DNA of 64,000 nucleotides from Polyangiales bacterium (GTDB lineage: Bacteria; Myxococcota_A; Polyangia; Polyangiales; Ga0077539), in contig JBGARZ010000001.1 in NCBI GenBank assembly GCA_044229975.1, positions 512,001 to 576,000 on the forward strand, in the 5' to 3' direction. The notes beneath the pieces were generated by a model. It was not told where the DNA came from. It did no database searches and was given only the letters and a program-made list of their open reading frames with translations. Both the position numbers and the translations under genes were made by a program. Positions 46,724 through 58,103 of this stretch are shown piece by piece; position 1 is the first letter of the stretch, and each line of letters starts with the position of its first letter.

Positions 46724-47313
46724 CAGTCCTCCAGTGCCCCAAGGCGTTCGACCGTCGTGGCGAGCTCCGCCGCGATGCGCGCTTCCCGAACCGCCAGGAG
46801 AGAGACCTCCCCGCGGTTGAGCAGCGCGCCGTAATCCTGCTTCGTTCCGTAAGAGGCCGACCGGCGCGCCCCCTCCGCGATGGACCGCGCGCCGTTGCCC
46901 GCGTCCGTCGCCACCAACACCAGATGCGCGTGGCCGTGCGCCACCGCCGCGTCCGTCGCCTCGGCCCCGATGGCCAGCGACTTCGTGCGCGACGCCACCA
47001 GCAGCAGCGACGTCACCCGCTGCGCCATCGCCGCCCGCAGCTCGGTGAGCAGCGCCGCCGCGTCGAGGCTGCGCTGCACATCCACCTTCAGCGACCGCTC
47101 GGCCGCGTGGCGCTTCACCATCGTCGCCACGCACGCCTTCGTGGGGTGCACCCACGCCCCGCGACCGCTCTTCACGGCGCGCGGGTCGAGGGCGACGCCC
47201 CCGTCGAGGCCCGCGACGACGCGCACGAGCTCGTCACGCTCCCCGCGCTGCCGACAGGCGACGCAGGTGCGCTCGGGAGACCTCGTCTTCGCTTCGTCCA
47301 CGGACCCCATCAC
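46723..47313 (-). CDS. ylxR: YlxR (DUF448) - L7Ae-like fusion RNA-binding protein
   Basis: 'PERTCVACR..ELVRVV..GRGAWVHP..C' followed by L7Ae-like 'LAIGAEA..LVLVATDA..GTKQDYGALLNR'. Confidence 0.85.
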   Translation of the reverse strand: MMGSVDEAKTRSPERTCVACRQRGERDELVRVVAGLDGGVALDPRAVKSGRGAWVHPTKACVATMVKRHAAERSLKVDVQRSLDAAALLTELRAAMAQRVTSLLLVASRTKSLAIGAEATDAAVAHGHAHLVLVATDAGNGARSIAEGARRSASYGTKQDYGALLNRGEVSLLAVREARIAAELATTVERLGALED

Positions 47314-47317
47314 GGTT

Positions 47318-48976
47318 CTATCCCTCCGCCCCTTCGGCGCTCTCGGCCCGCAGGGCCTGCCGCGCCTCGTCGATGACCTTCTGCTCCGAGCTCAGGAAGG
47401 TCTGCGCCCCGAGCTTGATCTGCCGCACCTTGCGGAGACCGAGGCCCGTGTCGCGCAGCAGCGCGTCTTCCTGCGTGCCGTGGAGCTGCTCCACGGTGGT
47501 GATGTTGGTCGCGGTGAGCAGGTTGATGGTGTGCTCGCCGACGCCGCGCACGAAGAGCAGGCGCTCGCGCTCGCTCAGGGGCTCGGTGCGCCGTGACGCC
47601 TCGCGGATGCGCTTCTGCCGCAACTCTTCCATCGCCGTCTCGGCCGACGACTTGATGCGGTCGGCGTTTTCCGCGCCGCCGAGGCCCGGGATGCCCGCGA
47701 GCTCGTCGCCGGCCGCCTCGGCGACCTCTTCGAGCGAGCGGAACCCGAGCTTGTACATGGTCTGCGCCAGGCTCGGCGTGACCCCCGCGATGAGGGAGAG
47801 CGCGTTGATCGACTCCTCCTCCATCTGCTTGAACTTGCTCTCCGAGATGATGTCGAGCTTCCACCCGGTGAGCTGCGACGCGAGCCGGACGTTTTGCCCC
47901 TTGCGGCCGATGGCCAGCGAGAGCTTCTCGTCGGACACCACCAGCTCCATCGCGTGGTCGGCCTCGTTGACCAGCACGCGGGAGATCTCCGCCGGCGCGA
48001 TGGCGTTGCACACGTAGCGGGCCGGGTCGCGCTCGTAGGGGACGATGTCGATGCGCTCGCCGCGGAGCTCTTGCACCACGGCCTGCACGCGCGAGCCCTT
48101 CACACCGACGCACGCGCCCACCGGGTCGACGTCGAGGTCGCGCGAGCTCACCGCGATCTTGCTGCGCACGCCGGGCTCACGCGCCGCGGCGACGATCTTC
48201 ACGATGCCCTCGTAGATCTCCGGGACCTCGGCCTCGAAGAGCTTGATGAGCAGGCCCACGTCGCCGCGCGAGAGCAGCACCTGCGGGCCCTTGGCCTCGC
48301 GGTCGATGTCCTTCACGAAGGCCACGATGCGCTCGCCGGGGCGGTAGCTCTCGCGCGGAACCTGGTCCTTCGCGCGCAGGATCGCCTCGGTGCGCCCGAG
48401 GTCGACGATGATGTCGTTGCGCTCGAAGCGGCGGAAGATGCCGGTGATGATCTCGCCCTTGCGGTCCTTGTACTCGTTGAACACCAGCTCGCGCTCGGCG
48501 TCGCGCACGCGCTGGATGATCACCTGCTTGGCCGCCTGCGCCGCGATGCGGCCGAATCCCTTGCGGAGCGTCGACAGCTTGAGCACGTCGCCCCACTTGG
48601 CCTCCTGCTCGGCCGCCTTGCGCTCGTCCTCGGTGCGATAGAACACCTGGAAGGCGAGCTGCTCGCCCACCTGCGCGTCGGGGTCCATGTTGCGCGCCGT
48701 GTCGAGGGGAATCTCCTGGTCGGGCTGCGTGACCGTGTCCACCACCGTCATGTGCTGGTAGAGGTCCACCGCGCCCTCGCGCTCGCTGTAGCGAGCCACG
48801 AGCTCGCGCGTGCCGCCGAGGTGCTTGCGCGCCGCCGACAGGATCGCGCTCTCCAGGGTCGCCACGAGCACGGATCGCTCGATGCCCTTGTCCTTGGCCA
48901 CCTGGTCGAGCGTGTTGCTCAGGTTGAGCGTCTGCTGCGCGGGGGCCTGGGGTGCTGCTTGCTGCTTGGTCGCCAT
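47318..48976 (-). CDS. nusA: Transcription factor NusA
   Basis: '[18 protein letters not shown]', S1 and KH domains '[20 protein letters not shown]', '[15 protein letters not shown]'; C-terminal HhH repeats. Confidence 0.97.
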   Translation of the reverse strand: MATKQQAAPQAPAQQTLNLSNTLDQVAKDKGIERSVLVATLESAILSAARKHLGGTRELVARYSEREGAVDLYQHMTVVDTVTQPDQEIPLDTARNMDPDAQVGEQLAFQVFYRTEDERKAAEQEAKWGDVLKLSTLRKGFGRIAAQAAKQVIIQRVRDAERELVFNEYKDRKGEIITGIFRRFERNDIIVDLGRTEAILRAKDQVPRESYRPGERIVAFVKDIDREAKGPQVLLSRGDVGLLIKLFEAEVPEIYEGIVKIVAAAREPGVRSKIAVSSRDLDVDPVGACVGVKGSRVQAVVQELRGERIDIVPYERDPARYVCNAIAPAEISRVLVNEADHAMELVVSDEKLSLAIGRKGQNVRLASQLTGWKLDIISESKFKQMEEESINALSLIAGVTPSLAQTMYKLGFRSLEEVAEAAGDELAGIPGLGGAENADRIKSSAETAMEELRQKRIREASRRTEPLSERERLLFVRGVGEHTINLLTATNITTVEQLHGTQEDALLRDTGLGLRKVRQIKLGAQTFLSSEQKVIDEARQALRAESAEGAEG

Positions 48977-48982
48977 GTCCGT

Positions 48983-49609
48983 TTACCTTCCAGCCTCGGA
49001 CGCCTTCATCGCGCCCTCGGCCTTCGCGCCGCCGCCCGTCTCCGGTGGTCGAGGCGCCCTGGGGCCCTTCCCCGGCTTCGCCGGCTTGGGGGCCTTGATC
49101 TCCAACAACCGAGCGCGGGACACCTGTCGGCGAGGGATCGCTACCTCGGTACCACCGACGGACACCCGCACGACATATCCCTGATCAGCGTCGGCGGTGC
49201 CGACGATGGGGCCCTCGAAGGACGTGCGCCCGTCGAGCGGACCGCGCGTCCGGATCTTCACCAGCAGACCCACGAAGCGGTCGAAGTCCGCCCGCTTCTG
49301 CACCGGGCGCTCGAAGCCCGGCGAGCTCACCTCGAGGTCGTACGCCCCCTCGATGGTGTCGGCCTCGTCGAGCTTCGCCGAGACCTCCTTGCTCACGAGC
49401 GCGCAGAGATCCGCCGTCATCCGAGGTTGAGCCTCCGTCGGCAGCGTCCGGGGGTCGCTCCCCGGAAGGTCGACGTAGAGGCGCAGCACACCGCGGCCTG
49501 GACCCTGGAGCCATTCCAGGGCCACGAGCTCCGTGCCGTGAAGTTCGGCAAGGGGTTCGATCTCTCCGCGGAGCTGTTCAACATCGACGCGCACGCACTC
49601 TCCGTTCAC
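48983..49609 (-). CDS. rimP: Ribosome maturation factor RimP
   Basis: 'LRLYVD', 'C..VS..LD..D.I.GAYDLEVSSPGFERP', 'RFVG'. Confidence 0.93.
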   Translation of the reverse strand: MNGECVRVDVEQLRGEIEPLAELHGTELVALEWLQGPGRGVLRLYVDLPGSDPRTLPTEAQPRMTADLCALVSKEVSAKLDEADTIEGAYDLEVSSPGFERPVQKRADFDRFVGLLVKIRTRGPLDGRTSFEGPIVGTADADQGYVVRVSVGGTEVAIPRRQVSRARLLEIKAPKPAKPGKGPRAPRPPETGGGAKAEGAMKASEAGR

Positions 49610-49869
49610 CCGCTCCGGGGCCCGAACGGTCGCGCGACCAGCGCCGTCTGCTGACGGATCTCGTCGCCCGCCCCACCTCTGTCACCCGGCGCCTCTCCCG
49701 CAGTGAGGGAGGAGGTTGAGGGGTTTCAGGAGCGGAGCATCGGCGAGGTTAGTGATCCGAGAGAGTCGGACTCACCAGCCTGAGTCACGGGATGAGCGTG
49801 AAACAGCACCGATGGTCCTGCGGGGGGGCACCCGGATGGGAGAAAGAAACATCCCCGAGGACGGCGCGC

Positions 49870-49898
49870 TAACTATCACTCTCCAACAAAGAGAGCAA
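49870..49898 (-). promoter_or_regulatory. Candidate sigma70-type promoter for the rimP-nusA-infB operon
   Basis: Minus strand TTGCTC-N17-TAGTTA (or N15-GATAGT) in a locally AT-rich patch about 260 nt upstream of rimP. Confidence 0.4.
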
Positions 49899-49919
49899 GC
49901 ACGCCGTCGAGCAGAAGCT

Positions 49920-51464
49920 CTATGGGGTCGCCGGGGCGGCAGCCGCCGGAGCGGAGGCGGGAGCAGCGGCGTCACCGTCGGCCACGATGCGGAACTCCAC
50001 GCGCCGGTTGGCGGCGCGGGCGCGCGCGGTGGTGCCCGGGGTGACGGGCCGCGTCTCGCCGAAGCCGGTGGAGACGAGGCGGTCGGCGGCGATGCCGTGG
50101 CCCGTGAGCCAGGTGACGACGCTCGCGGCGCGGCGGCGCGAGAGGTCGAGGTTGGCGGCCTCTTCACCCACGTCGTCGGTGTGACCTTCGACGGAGACGT
50201 GACGAATCTCCGGCGTCGCGGTGAGCGCGTCGGCGACGGCAGTGAGCACCGGGAAGCTGGTGGCCAGCACCACGTCGCGGTTGGGCGCGAAGAACACCGG
50301 GCGGTTGATGCGAATCTGCCCGCCGCCCACCTGCACGAGGCCGGGGCAGCCGTTGCGGTTGGGGTCGGCGCTGGGCGCGCCGGGACGGTCGGGGCAGTGG
50401 TCGGTGGCGTCGGGCACGGTGTCGCCGTCGCGGTCGGGCGCCGGGCAGCCCGCGCGGGCCGGGTCGGCGTGCAGGCCCGTGGGCTCGGTCGGGCACTGGT
50501 CGGCGTGGTCGAGCACGCCGTCGCGGTCGCCGTCGCCATCGGGGCAGCCCGCGCGATCGGGGTTGGGGTGCTCGCCCGCGGGCACGTCGACGCAGAGGTC
50601 TTGCGGGTCGAGCACGCCGTCGTGGTCGGTGTCGGGGATGGGGCAGCCGCGGCGGGCCTCGTCGGGGTGGGCGCCCTGGGGGACGCTCACACACTGGTCG
50701 TCGGGGTCGAAGACGCCGTCGTCGTCGGTGTCGGCCGCGGGGCAGCCGCGACGCGCGGGGTCGGGGTGCTCGCCCGCGGGGACGTCGGCGCAGAGGTCGT
50801 CGGCGTCGAGCACGCCGTCGTGGTCGCGGTCGGGCGGCGGCGGCGCGACGCGCGGCGGGTCGGACACGCCGCGGAAGGCCAGGGTGAGGCCCGCGTGCCA
50901 GTACGAGGAGTCGGGCGAGTCGTGGTTGAGGGAGAGGTTGGGCTGCGCGACGCCGATGCCCGACGCCGAGGGGCGAGCGTCGAAGATGTAGCCGAAGCGA
51001 CCGTAGGGGCCGAAGGAGACACCCTGGGTCACCTGGAACTCGAAGCCGAGGCCCGCGTCGAGCCCGGGCGAGGTGACGGTGCCGGGGAGCGAGGCGCCTG
51101 CGTTGCCGTCGATCCAGAGGCGGCCGACGGAGCCGAGCATGGGCTCGAAGCGCAGACCGGCGTTGACGTTGATGAGGCCGAAGTCGCCGCCGAGATCGGA
51201 CGAGCGGAGGAAGCGCCCGAAGGCGCCACCGAGCTGGATGGCGAGCGGCGTCGAGAACAGGTTGATCGCGATGCGCGCCGTGCCGACGACCAGCGCCGTG
51301 TCGGTGTTGACGTCGTCGTGGTTGAAGTCGCGGATGGTGGTGCCGCCGCCCGCTTCGAGCCGGAAGGTCCACGGTTGTAGCGTCTGGGCCGCGGCGGTGG
51401 AGGGGAGCGCTGACAGCGCGAGGCTGGCAAGCGCGGCGCACGAGAGCAGGGCGGGGCGTCGCAT
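49920..51464 (-). CDS. OmpA-family protein: N-terminal beta-barrel, thrombospondin type 3-like repeats, OmpA C-terminal domain
   Basis: Signal peptide; repeats 'D.D.DGV.D..D.C..VP.G.HPDP.R.GCP'; 'VEGHTDDVG..NLDLSRRRA', 'GFGETRP', 'NRRVEF'. Confidence 0.92.
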   Translation of the reverse strand: MRRPALLSCAALASLALSALPSTAAAQTLQPWTFRLEAGGGTTIRDFNHDDVNTDTALVVGTARIAINLFSTPLAIQLGGAFGRFLRSSDLGGDFGLINVNAGLRFEPMLGSVGRLWIDGNAGASLPGTVTSPGLDAGLGFEFQVTQGVSFGPYGRFGYIFDARPSASGIGVAQPNLSLNHDSPDSSYWHAGLTLAFRGVSDPPRVAPPPPDRDHDGVLDADDLCADVPAGEHPDPARRGCPAADTDDDGVFDPDDQCVSVPQGAHPDEARRGCPIPDTDHDGVLDPQDLCVDVPAGEHPNPDRAGCPDGDGDRDGVLDHADQCPTEPTGLHADPARAGCPAPDRDGDTVPDATDHCPDRPGAPSADPNRNGCPGLVQVGGGQIRINRPVFFAPNRDVVLATSFPVLTAVADALTATPEIRHVSVEGHTDDVGEEAANLDLSRRRAASVVTWLTGHGIAADRLVSTGFGETRPVTPGTTARARAANRRVEFRIVADGDAAAPASAPAAAAPATP

Positions 51465-51586
51465 GGTGGGGCGCGTGGGTACCACCCTTCGCGCGACGGC
51501 GGAAGGGTCGGTCGCGGACTCCCACCGTAGGAAAACCTCAGCGCGCGGGAACCACCGCGATACTTCGTCCCGTCCATGGTCCCGAC

Positions 51587-52279
51587 ATGAGCGACGACGT
51601 CGAGGAGGGGGAGGGCCACCTCCCAGAGGACACCCCGTGGCCAGACGCGCGTGCTTGCGTCGACCCGCCAGCAGGAGCATCACCGACGCCGCAGTCGATG
51701 AGCACGGAGCGGTCAGCGCGCGATCACGCCGCCTTTGAAGAGCGTGTGCGCCCCCACATGAGCCGGGTGTACCGCTACTGCGTCGGCCTCTCGGGTGACC
51801 GCGACGCGGCCGCCGACGTCTTCCAGGAGACCCTGGTGTCCGCGTGGAGGCACTTCGACTCGTACGAGGGTCGGGCCGACCTCGGGGCGTGGCTGTGCGG
51901 CATCGCGCGCAACCAGTTTCTCGACGCGCGGCGCACGGAGGTCCGCCGACGCGGCATCTTCGGGCGCGTGGTCGACGCCTGGCAGAGCTTCCTCGGGGTC
52001 GACGACCACGACGAGCTCGCGGGCCCGCTGCGGGTCGTCATCGAACACGAGGAGATCGACACCCTGCTCGCGTGCCTCCAGGAGCTGTCCGAGGAGTTTC
52101 GCTCCGCCGTGCTGCTCTGCGACGTCGAGGGCCTCTCCTACGAGGCCGCCGCCACCGCCCTCGGCGTCCCCGTCGGCACCGTGAAGAGCCGCCAGGCGCG
52201 CGGCCGCACCAAGCTCCGCGCGGCCCTCGAAGCCCGCAACGAATCCCCCAAGGTCCACTCGACGAAGGTGACGCAATGA
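51587..52279 (+). CDS. ECF RNA polymerase sigma factor
   Basis: Region 2 'AADVFQETLVSAWR..WLCGIARN', region 4 'LCDVEGLSYE..LGVPVGTVKSR..RGR'. Alternative start at 51698. Confidence 0.9.
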   Translation: MSDDVEEGEGHLPEDTPWPDARACVDPPAGASPTPQSMSTERSARDHAAFEERVRPHMSRVYRYCVGLSGDRDAAADVFQETLVSAWRHFDSYEGRADLGAWLCGIARNQFLDARRTEVRRRGIFGRVVDAWQSFLGVDDHDELAGPLRVVIEHEEIDTLLACLQELSEEFRSAVLLCDVEGLSYEAAATALGVPVGTVKSRQARGRTKLRAALEARNESPKVHSTKVTQ

Positions 52280-52878
52280 GTACACGAGACGACCGACCGG
52301 GGGCCGATCTCCTCGACAGCTCCCTCCAGGCGCTGCGCTCCGTCGAGGTGCCCGAGGCCCTCGTCCGAAGGGCCTTCGCCAACCTCGACGCCCCCAAGCG
52401 ACCGCGGCCCCCGGTGCGGCGCGCGGCGTGGTTCACCGCGATGCTCTACCTCGCCCCGGTCGCGGCCACCGCCACCGGCGCGGCGCTCCTGCTCGCCCGC
52501 CCCGTCGCCCCCATCGCCTCGGCGACGAGGGAGTTCACCCACGCCCGCGAGATCGCCCTCGAGCTGCCGCACCTCGGCGACGCCGTGGCCGAGCTCGCGC
52601 TCACCACCCACCACCACACCGACGACGCCCACGTGCGCGTGGAGGTGCCCGAAGGCATCGCGCTGCACCTCGACGCCGACACCCGACCGTCCGCCTGCGC
52701 CCAGCAGAGCTGTGTCCACCACTGGCGCACGGGGGCTCCGCCGCATCGCAACCCGCTCCAGGTGGTGGTGTCCGAACCCGGCCGCTACGTCATCCACGTC
52801 ACGCACGTCTCGCCCACGGCGCGCGTCCACGAGCGCTTCATCGTGCTCGCGCGCCGCCGCGTCGTCCCCGCCGCCTGA
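52276..52878 (+). CDS. Putative single-TM anti-sigma factor
   Basis: ATGA overlap with the sigma gene; short N-terminus, one TM, then a beta-rich His-rich domain. Confidence 0.55.
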   Translation: MSTRDDRPGADLLDSSLQALRSVEVPEALVRRAFANLDAPKRPRPPVRRAAWFTAMLYLAPVAATATGAALLLARPVAPIASATREFTHAREIALELPHLGDAVAELALTTHHHTDDAHVRVEVPEGIALHLDADTRPSACAQQSCVHHWRTGAPPHRNPLQVVVSEPGRYVIHVTHVSPTARVHERFIVLARRRVVPAA

Positions 52879-52904
52879 CCCGCCTCAGGGTACGGGACGC
52901 TGCG

Positions 52905-54275
<1,371 letters not shown>

Positions 54276-54335
54276 CGCGCGCACTCTACACGGCTCGCCG
54301 AACGCTTTGTTCGTGATGGGCTATGGTCGCGACGG

Positions 54336-54791
54336 ATGTCCACCAACCCCGAAGCAAACCACCCGCGCAGCACCGTCCACATCCGCGTCAACTATGCCGA
54401 CGTCGACCGCATGGGGCTGCTCCACCACAGCGTCTACCTGAAGTACCTGGAGCGCTCGCGGGAGGAGTTCATCCGGCGGCGGGGTGGGGCCTACGCGGCG
54501 CTCGAAGACGCGGGTGTGCTCATCGTCGTGGTCGAGGCCGCGCTCCGGTATCGGCGACCGGCGCGCTTCGACGACGTGCTGGCCGTGACGCTGGAGCTCA
54601 CCGACATCGGGGCCGCGTCCATCCGCATCGGGTACGAGCTGCGGAAGGTCGGAGAGGACGAGCTCGTGGCGACGGCGACCACGAAGCACGCGCTCATGAA
54701 CCGCGAGGGCAAGCTGTTGCGGGTGACGCCGGAGGTGCGCGCGATGCTGACGGGGGACGAGGTGGTGTCCCGCGACGGGGAGATCGGGTAG
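54336..54791 (+). CDS. Acyl-CoA thioesterase (YbgC/4HBT hotdog fold)
   Basis: 'IRVNYADVDRMGLLHHSVYLKYLERSR', 'YRRPARFDD'. Confidence 0.9.
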   Translation: MSTNPEANHPRSTVHIRVNYADVDRMGLLHHSVYLKYLERSREEFIRRRGGAYAALEDAGVLIVVVEAALRYRRPARFDDVLAVTLELTDIGAASIRIGYELRKVGEDELVATATTKHALMNREGKLLRVTPEVRAMLTGDEVVSRDGEIG

Positions 54792-54864
54792 GCGGGCGTC
54801 GACCGTCTGCCGTTGCATTCCCTTCGGCGACCGCTCTACCTTGCGCGCTCCACCGGAGGATCTG

Positions 54865-56625
54865 ATGCGCACCTCGCGACTCGCCACCCGTCTCACCCTC
54901 GTCGCCACCCTGTGCCTGGGGGGTGCTTCCCTCCTCGGCTGCGAGAACGAAAACGAGCCCGCCACCTGGGTCGGCAAGCTCGGCGACACCAGCAAGCGCC
55001 CGGCGGCCATGCGTCGCCTGCGGCAGATGTTCGAGTCGAAGCTCGCCACCACCACGCCGCCCAACAACCTGCGCGACCCGGCCGTCGTCGCCTTCCTCAA
55101 CACCGTCATCCCGCCGGTCAACGACGCCTTCGTCGGGCACCGCGACGAGATCGCCGTCCGCAAGGAGGCCATCGAGATCCTGGCGGCCAGCAACGACGCG
55201 CGCGCCATCCCGGCCCTGCTCAACGCGCTGGAGTTCAGCCCCGGCAACAGCGAGAGCGAGCAGATCGCCCTGCGCGCCGCCCAGGCCCTCAAGCTGATGA
55301 GCCCCACGGGCAACGCCCAGGTGGCCCAGCGGCTCCTCGCCACCATCGACCGCGCCTCGGGCAACTCGGGCGCCGCCCCGGCCATCCGCGAGTCGGTCAT
55401 CCAGGCGCTCGGCGCCATGCACGAGCCCACCGCCGTCGACGTGCTCGTGCGCACCCTCCAGAAGCCCATCGCCGAGCAGGAGATTCGCACCGCGCGCGCC
55501 GCCGCCGACGCCCTCGGGGAGATCGGCCGAGCCGTGCCCACGGCCGCCACGCAGCCCGTGGTCGACGCCCTCATCTACGGCCTCTACCTCAACGTCCGCC
55601 GCGCCAACGCCTTCAACAACTGCGCGCGCGCCCTCACCCGCCTCGGCGCCGCCGCCTCGGTGCCGCGCCTCATCGCCACCATCGACAACCAGAACCCCCT
55701 GGTCTCCACCCTCATCACGTCGTTTGCGTCGGTCCCGAACATGCCGCAGGTGCCGCCGGGGTTGCAGCAGTCGACGGCCATCGACGTGCTCCGCAACTTC
55801 GCCGACCGCTCGGCGGTCCCCTCGCTCATCACCCTGCTCCGCAACCGCGAGACCGTCGCCAACGTGCGCGGCGCCGCGGCCGAGACCCTCGGGTACACGG
55901 GCCTCGCGCTCCCGGCCGACGCCCCGGAGCGCGCGCAGATCTTCGAGGCGCTCTCCACCACCTTCAACGAGGGCACGCCCGGCGGCGAGGACGACATGGC
56001 CCCCACCGTCGCCCCGGCGCTGGTGCTCCTGGGCGACACCCGCACCGTCCCCCTCATGGTGCGGCGCCTCAGCACCCCGCAGATGAGCGCGCGCGACGCC
56101 GTGCCCTACCGCCTCGGGCTGCTCATGCCGCTCGCCAGCGCGGTGCGCCACGACACCTTCGCGCAGTTCGACCAGCTCGCCACGCGCGCCCAGGCCGACC
56201 TCGACGCCCTCCTCGCCGCCAACCCCGACGCGAGCGACGAGATCCGCCCGGTGGTGACGCAGCTCGCCACCATCCGGCAGGTGGCCTCGGTCGCCCACGA
56301 CTGCAACGACGGCGACCTCGCCTGCTACCGCGAGCGCCTCACCAACCCCGAGAAAAACGTCGTCCGCAAGGCCGCCTACATGATCGCGTGGACCCTCAGC
56401 GAAAACCCCGCCGCGCGCCAGGCGCTGCTCGCCCAGGCCAACAACCCCGACCCCCTCGTGCGCCGCTCCATCCACGTGGCGCTCGACGCGCTCTCGCCCC
56501 ACGGCTGCACCGAGTGCTCCACCCGTCTGGAGCAGATCATCACCGAAGAGCGCGGCCAGGAGAGCAAGTCGCTCATGCACCTCGAAGCGCAGATGCTCAT
56601 CGCGCGCCTCGCCAACCGCCACTGA
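54865..56625 (+). CDS. HEAT-repeat lipoprotein
   Basis: GGAGG RBS, lipobox 'LLGC', HEAT-like repeats 'AAADALGEIG', 'VRGAAAETLG'. Confidence 0.8.
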   Translation: MRTSRLATRLTLVATLCLGGASLLGCENENEPATWVGKLGDTSKRPAAMRRLRQMFESKLATTTPPNNLRDPAVVAFLNTVIPPVNDAFVGHRDEIAVRKEAIEILAASNDARAIPALLNALEFSPGNSESEQIALRAAQALKLMSPTGNAQVAQRLLATIDRASGNSGAAPAIRESVIQALGAMHEPTAVDVLVRTLQKPIAEQEIRTARAAADALGEIGRAVPTAATQPVVDALIYGLYLNVRRANAFNNCARALTRLGAAASVPRLIATIDNQNPLVSTLITSFASVPNMPQVPPGLQQSTAIDVLRNFADRSAVPSLITLLRNRETVANVRGAAAETLGYTGLALPADAPERAQIFEALSTTFNEGTPGGEDDMAPTVAPALVLLGDTRTVPLMVRRLSTPQMSARDAVPYRLGLLMPLASAVRHDTFAQFDQLATRAQADLDALLAANPDASDEIRPVVTQLATIRQVASVAHDCNDGDLACYRERLTNPEKNVVRKAAYMIAWTLSENPAARQALLAQANNPDPLVRRSIHVALDALSPHGCTECSTRLEQIITEERGQESKSLMHLEAQMLIARLANRH

Positions 56626-56677
56626 GGTTGCGCCGGGCCGTCGGGGCGTCGTAGGCACCCTGACCGACGGCCCTCTG

Positions 56678-57694
56678 ATGCAACCATCCCTCACCGACCC
56701 GGCCACGCTCGTCCGACGCTGGCGCCTCCCCGCATCCTCGCTCCCCGACGTCACCGCGGCCTCGGAGCGCTTCGCCCTCAAGGTCACCGAGCACCTCGCC
56801 CGTCGACTCGAATCACTCGGGCCCGAGCACCCGCTGGTGCGTCAGTTTCTCCCGTCGGCCGATGAGCTCGTCGAGCGCGAGGGCTTCGTCAGCGACCCGG
56901 TGGGCGACGCCCATGTGCAGCGCTCCCCGGGGCTGCTCCAGAAGTACCAGGGCCGCGCCCTCGTCGTGGCGACCGCCGCGTGCCCCGTGCACTGCCGCTA
57001 CTGCTTCCGCCGCGAGTACCCCTACGCCGACGGCAGCGCGGTCAACCACTGGCCCGGCGTGCTCGCCACCCTGCGCGGCGACACCTCCATCACCGAGGTC
57101 ATCCTGAGCGGCGGCGACCCGCTGTCGCTGTCCAACACCGTCCTCGCCCGCATGGTGGGCGACCTCGAATCCATCCCGAGCGTCACCCGGCTGCGCATCC
57201 ACACGCGCTTCCCCACGACGGGCCCGGCGCGCGTCGACGATGAGCTCTTGCGGCTGTTGGGGGGTACTCGCTTCGCGCCCGTCGTGGTGGTGCTGCACGT
57301 CAACCACGCCGACGAGCTCGACGACGAGGTGCGCGCCGCCGTGCGCCGACTGCGATCGACGGGCGCGGTGCTGCTCTGCCAGTCGGTGCTGCTCCGCGGC
57401 GTCAACGACTCGGCCGAGGCGCTCGCGGCGCTCAGCGAGGCGCTCGGCTCGATGGGGGTGGTGCCGTACTACCTGCACCTGCTCGATCGGGTGCGCGGCG
57501 CGGGGCACTTCGAGGTTCCGGAGGCGGAGGCCGTGGCGTTGGTGCGGGCGCTCACCGATCGGCTGCCGGGGTACCTCGTGCCGAAGCTGGTGCGCGAGGT
57601 GGCGGGGGAGCGCGCGAAGTCGGGTGTGCCACTGCATGGCGCGGCGGACGGGGAAGAAGCCGCAAGGGCGCAAGGGTCGCAAGGCGAACGGTAG
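56678..57694 (+). CDS. epmB: KamA-family radical SAM lysine 2,3-aminomutase (EF-P beta-lysylation EpmB-like)
   Basis: 'KYQGRAL', CxxxCxxC 'CPVHCRYCFRR', 'EVILSGGDPL', 'LRIHTR', 'QSVLLRGVND', 'PYYLHLLDRV.GA.HF', 'GYLVPKLVRE'. Confidence 0.88.
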   Translation: MQPSLTDPATLVRRWRLPASSLPDVTAASERFALKVTEHLARRLESLGPEHPLVRQFLPSADELVEREGFVSDPVGDAHVQRSPGLLQKYQGRALVVATAACPVHCRYCFRREYPYADGSAVNHWPGVLATLRGDTSITEVILSGGDPLSLSNTVLARMVGDLESIPSVTRLRIHTRFPTTGPARVDDELLRLLGGTRFAPVVVVLHVNHADELDDEVRAAVRRLRSTGAVLLCQSVLLRGVNDSAEALAALSEALGSMGVVPYYLHLLDRVRGAGHFEVPEAEAVALVRALTDRLPGYLVPKLVREVAGERAKSGVPLHGAADGEEAARAQGSQGER

Positions 57695-57709
57695 AAGGGG
57701 CCCAGGGGC

Positions 57710-58051
57710 TTGGAAGCGGGAGAGTTCATCGCGGTCGACGTCGAGCCGGGTGCCGCCTCGGAGGAAGGCGTGTCCATGCGCTTCAAGCGGGCTGGCGAGT
57801 CGCGCCCGGTGGGCGCCATCACCTTCGAGTCCGAGGACGGCGTCGACGGGTGGTGGGCGGTGCGCGCGGTGTCGAGTGCCGATGGGGCCGAGACCGGGGA
57901 CGCCCGCGCGGTGCAGGTCGACGACTCCAGCGACGGGCTTTGCTGGCTCATCGTGGGAGGCGCCCACGGCCTCGTGCTCACCCACCGCGAGCGGGGCGTC
58001 GAGGAGCGGGCGCCCTACCTGCTGCTCTCGCTGCGTACGGCGATGGAGTAG
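57710..58051 (+). CDS. Small hypothetical protein
   Basis: Fills the gap in a co-oriented run; start uncertain (TTG 57710 or ATG 57776). Confidence 0.45.
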   Translation: MEAGEFIAVDVEPGAASEEGVSMRFKRAGESRPVGAITFESEDGVDGWWAVRAVSSADGAETGDARAVQVDDSSDGLCWLIVGGAHGLVLTHRERGVEERAPYLLLSLRTAME

Positions 58052-58103
58052 CGGGGAGAAATTCGTCCACCCGTGAGCGGGCGGAGGCGCTTAGAATCGC
58101 GGC

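Noticed and set aside
50340..50830. Roughly 72-nt repeats in the OmpA gene as mobile or array DNA
   Set aside because: They are explained by TSP3-like peptide repeats.
51548..51574. GGAAC...CGTC as an autoregulatory ECF promoter
   Set aside because: The spacer (18 nt) is longer than the usual 16-17 nt and CGTC is very common here; not enough support.
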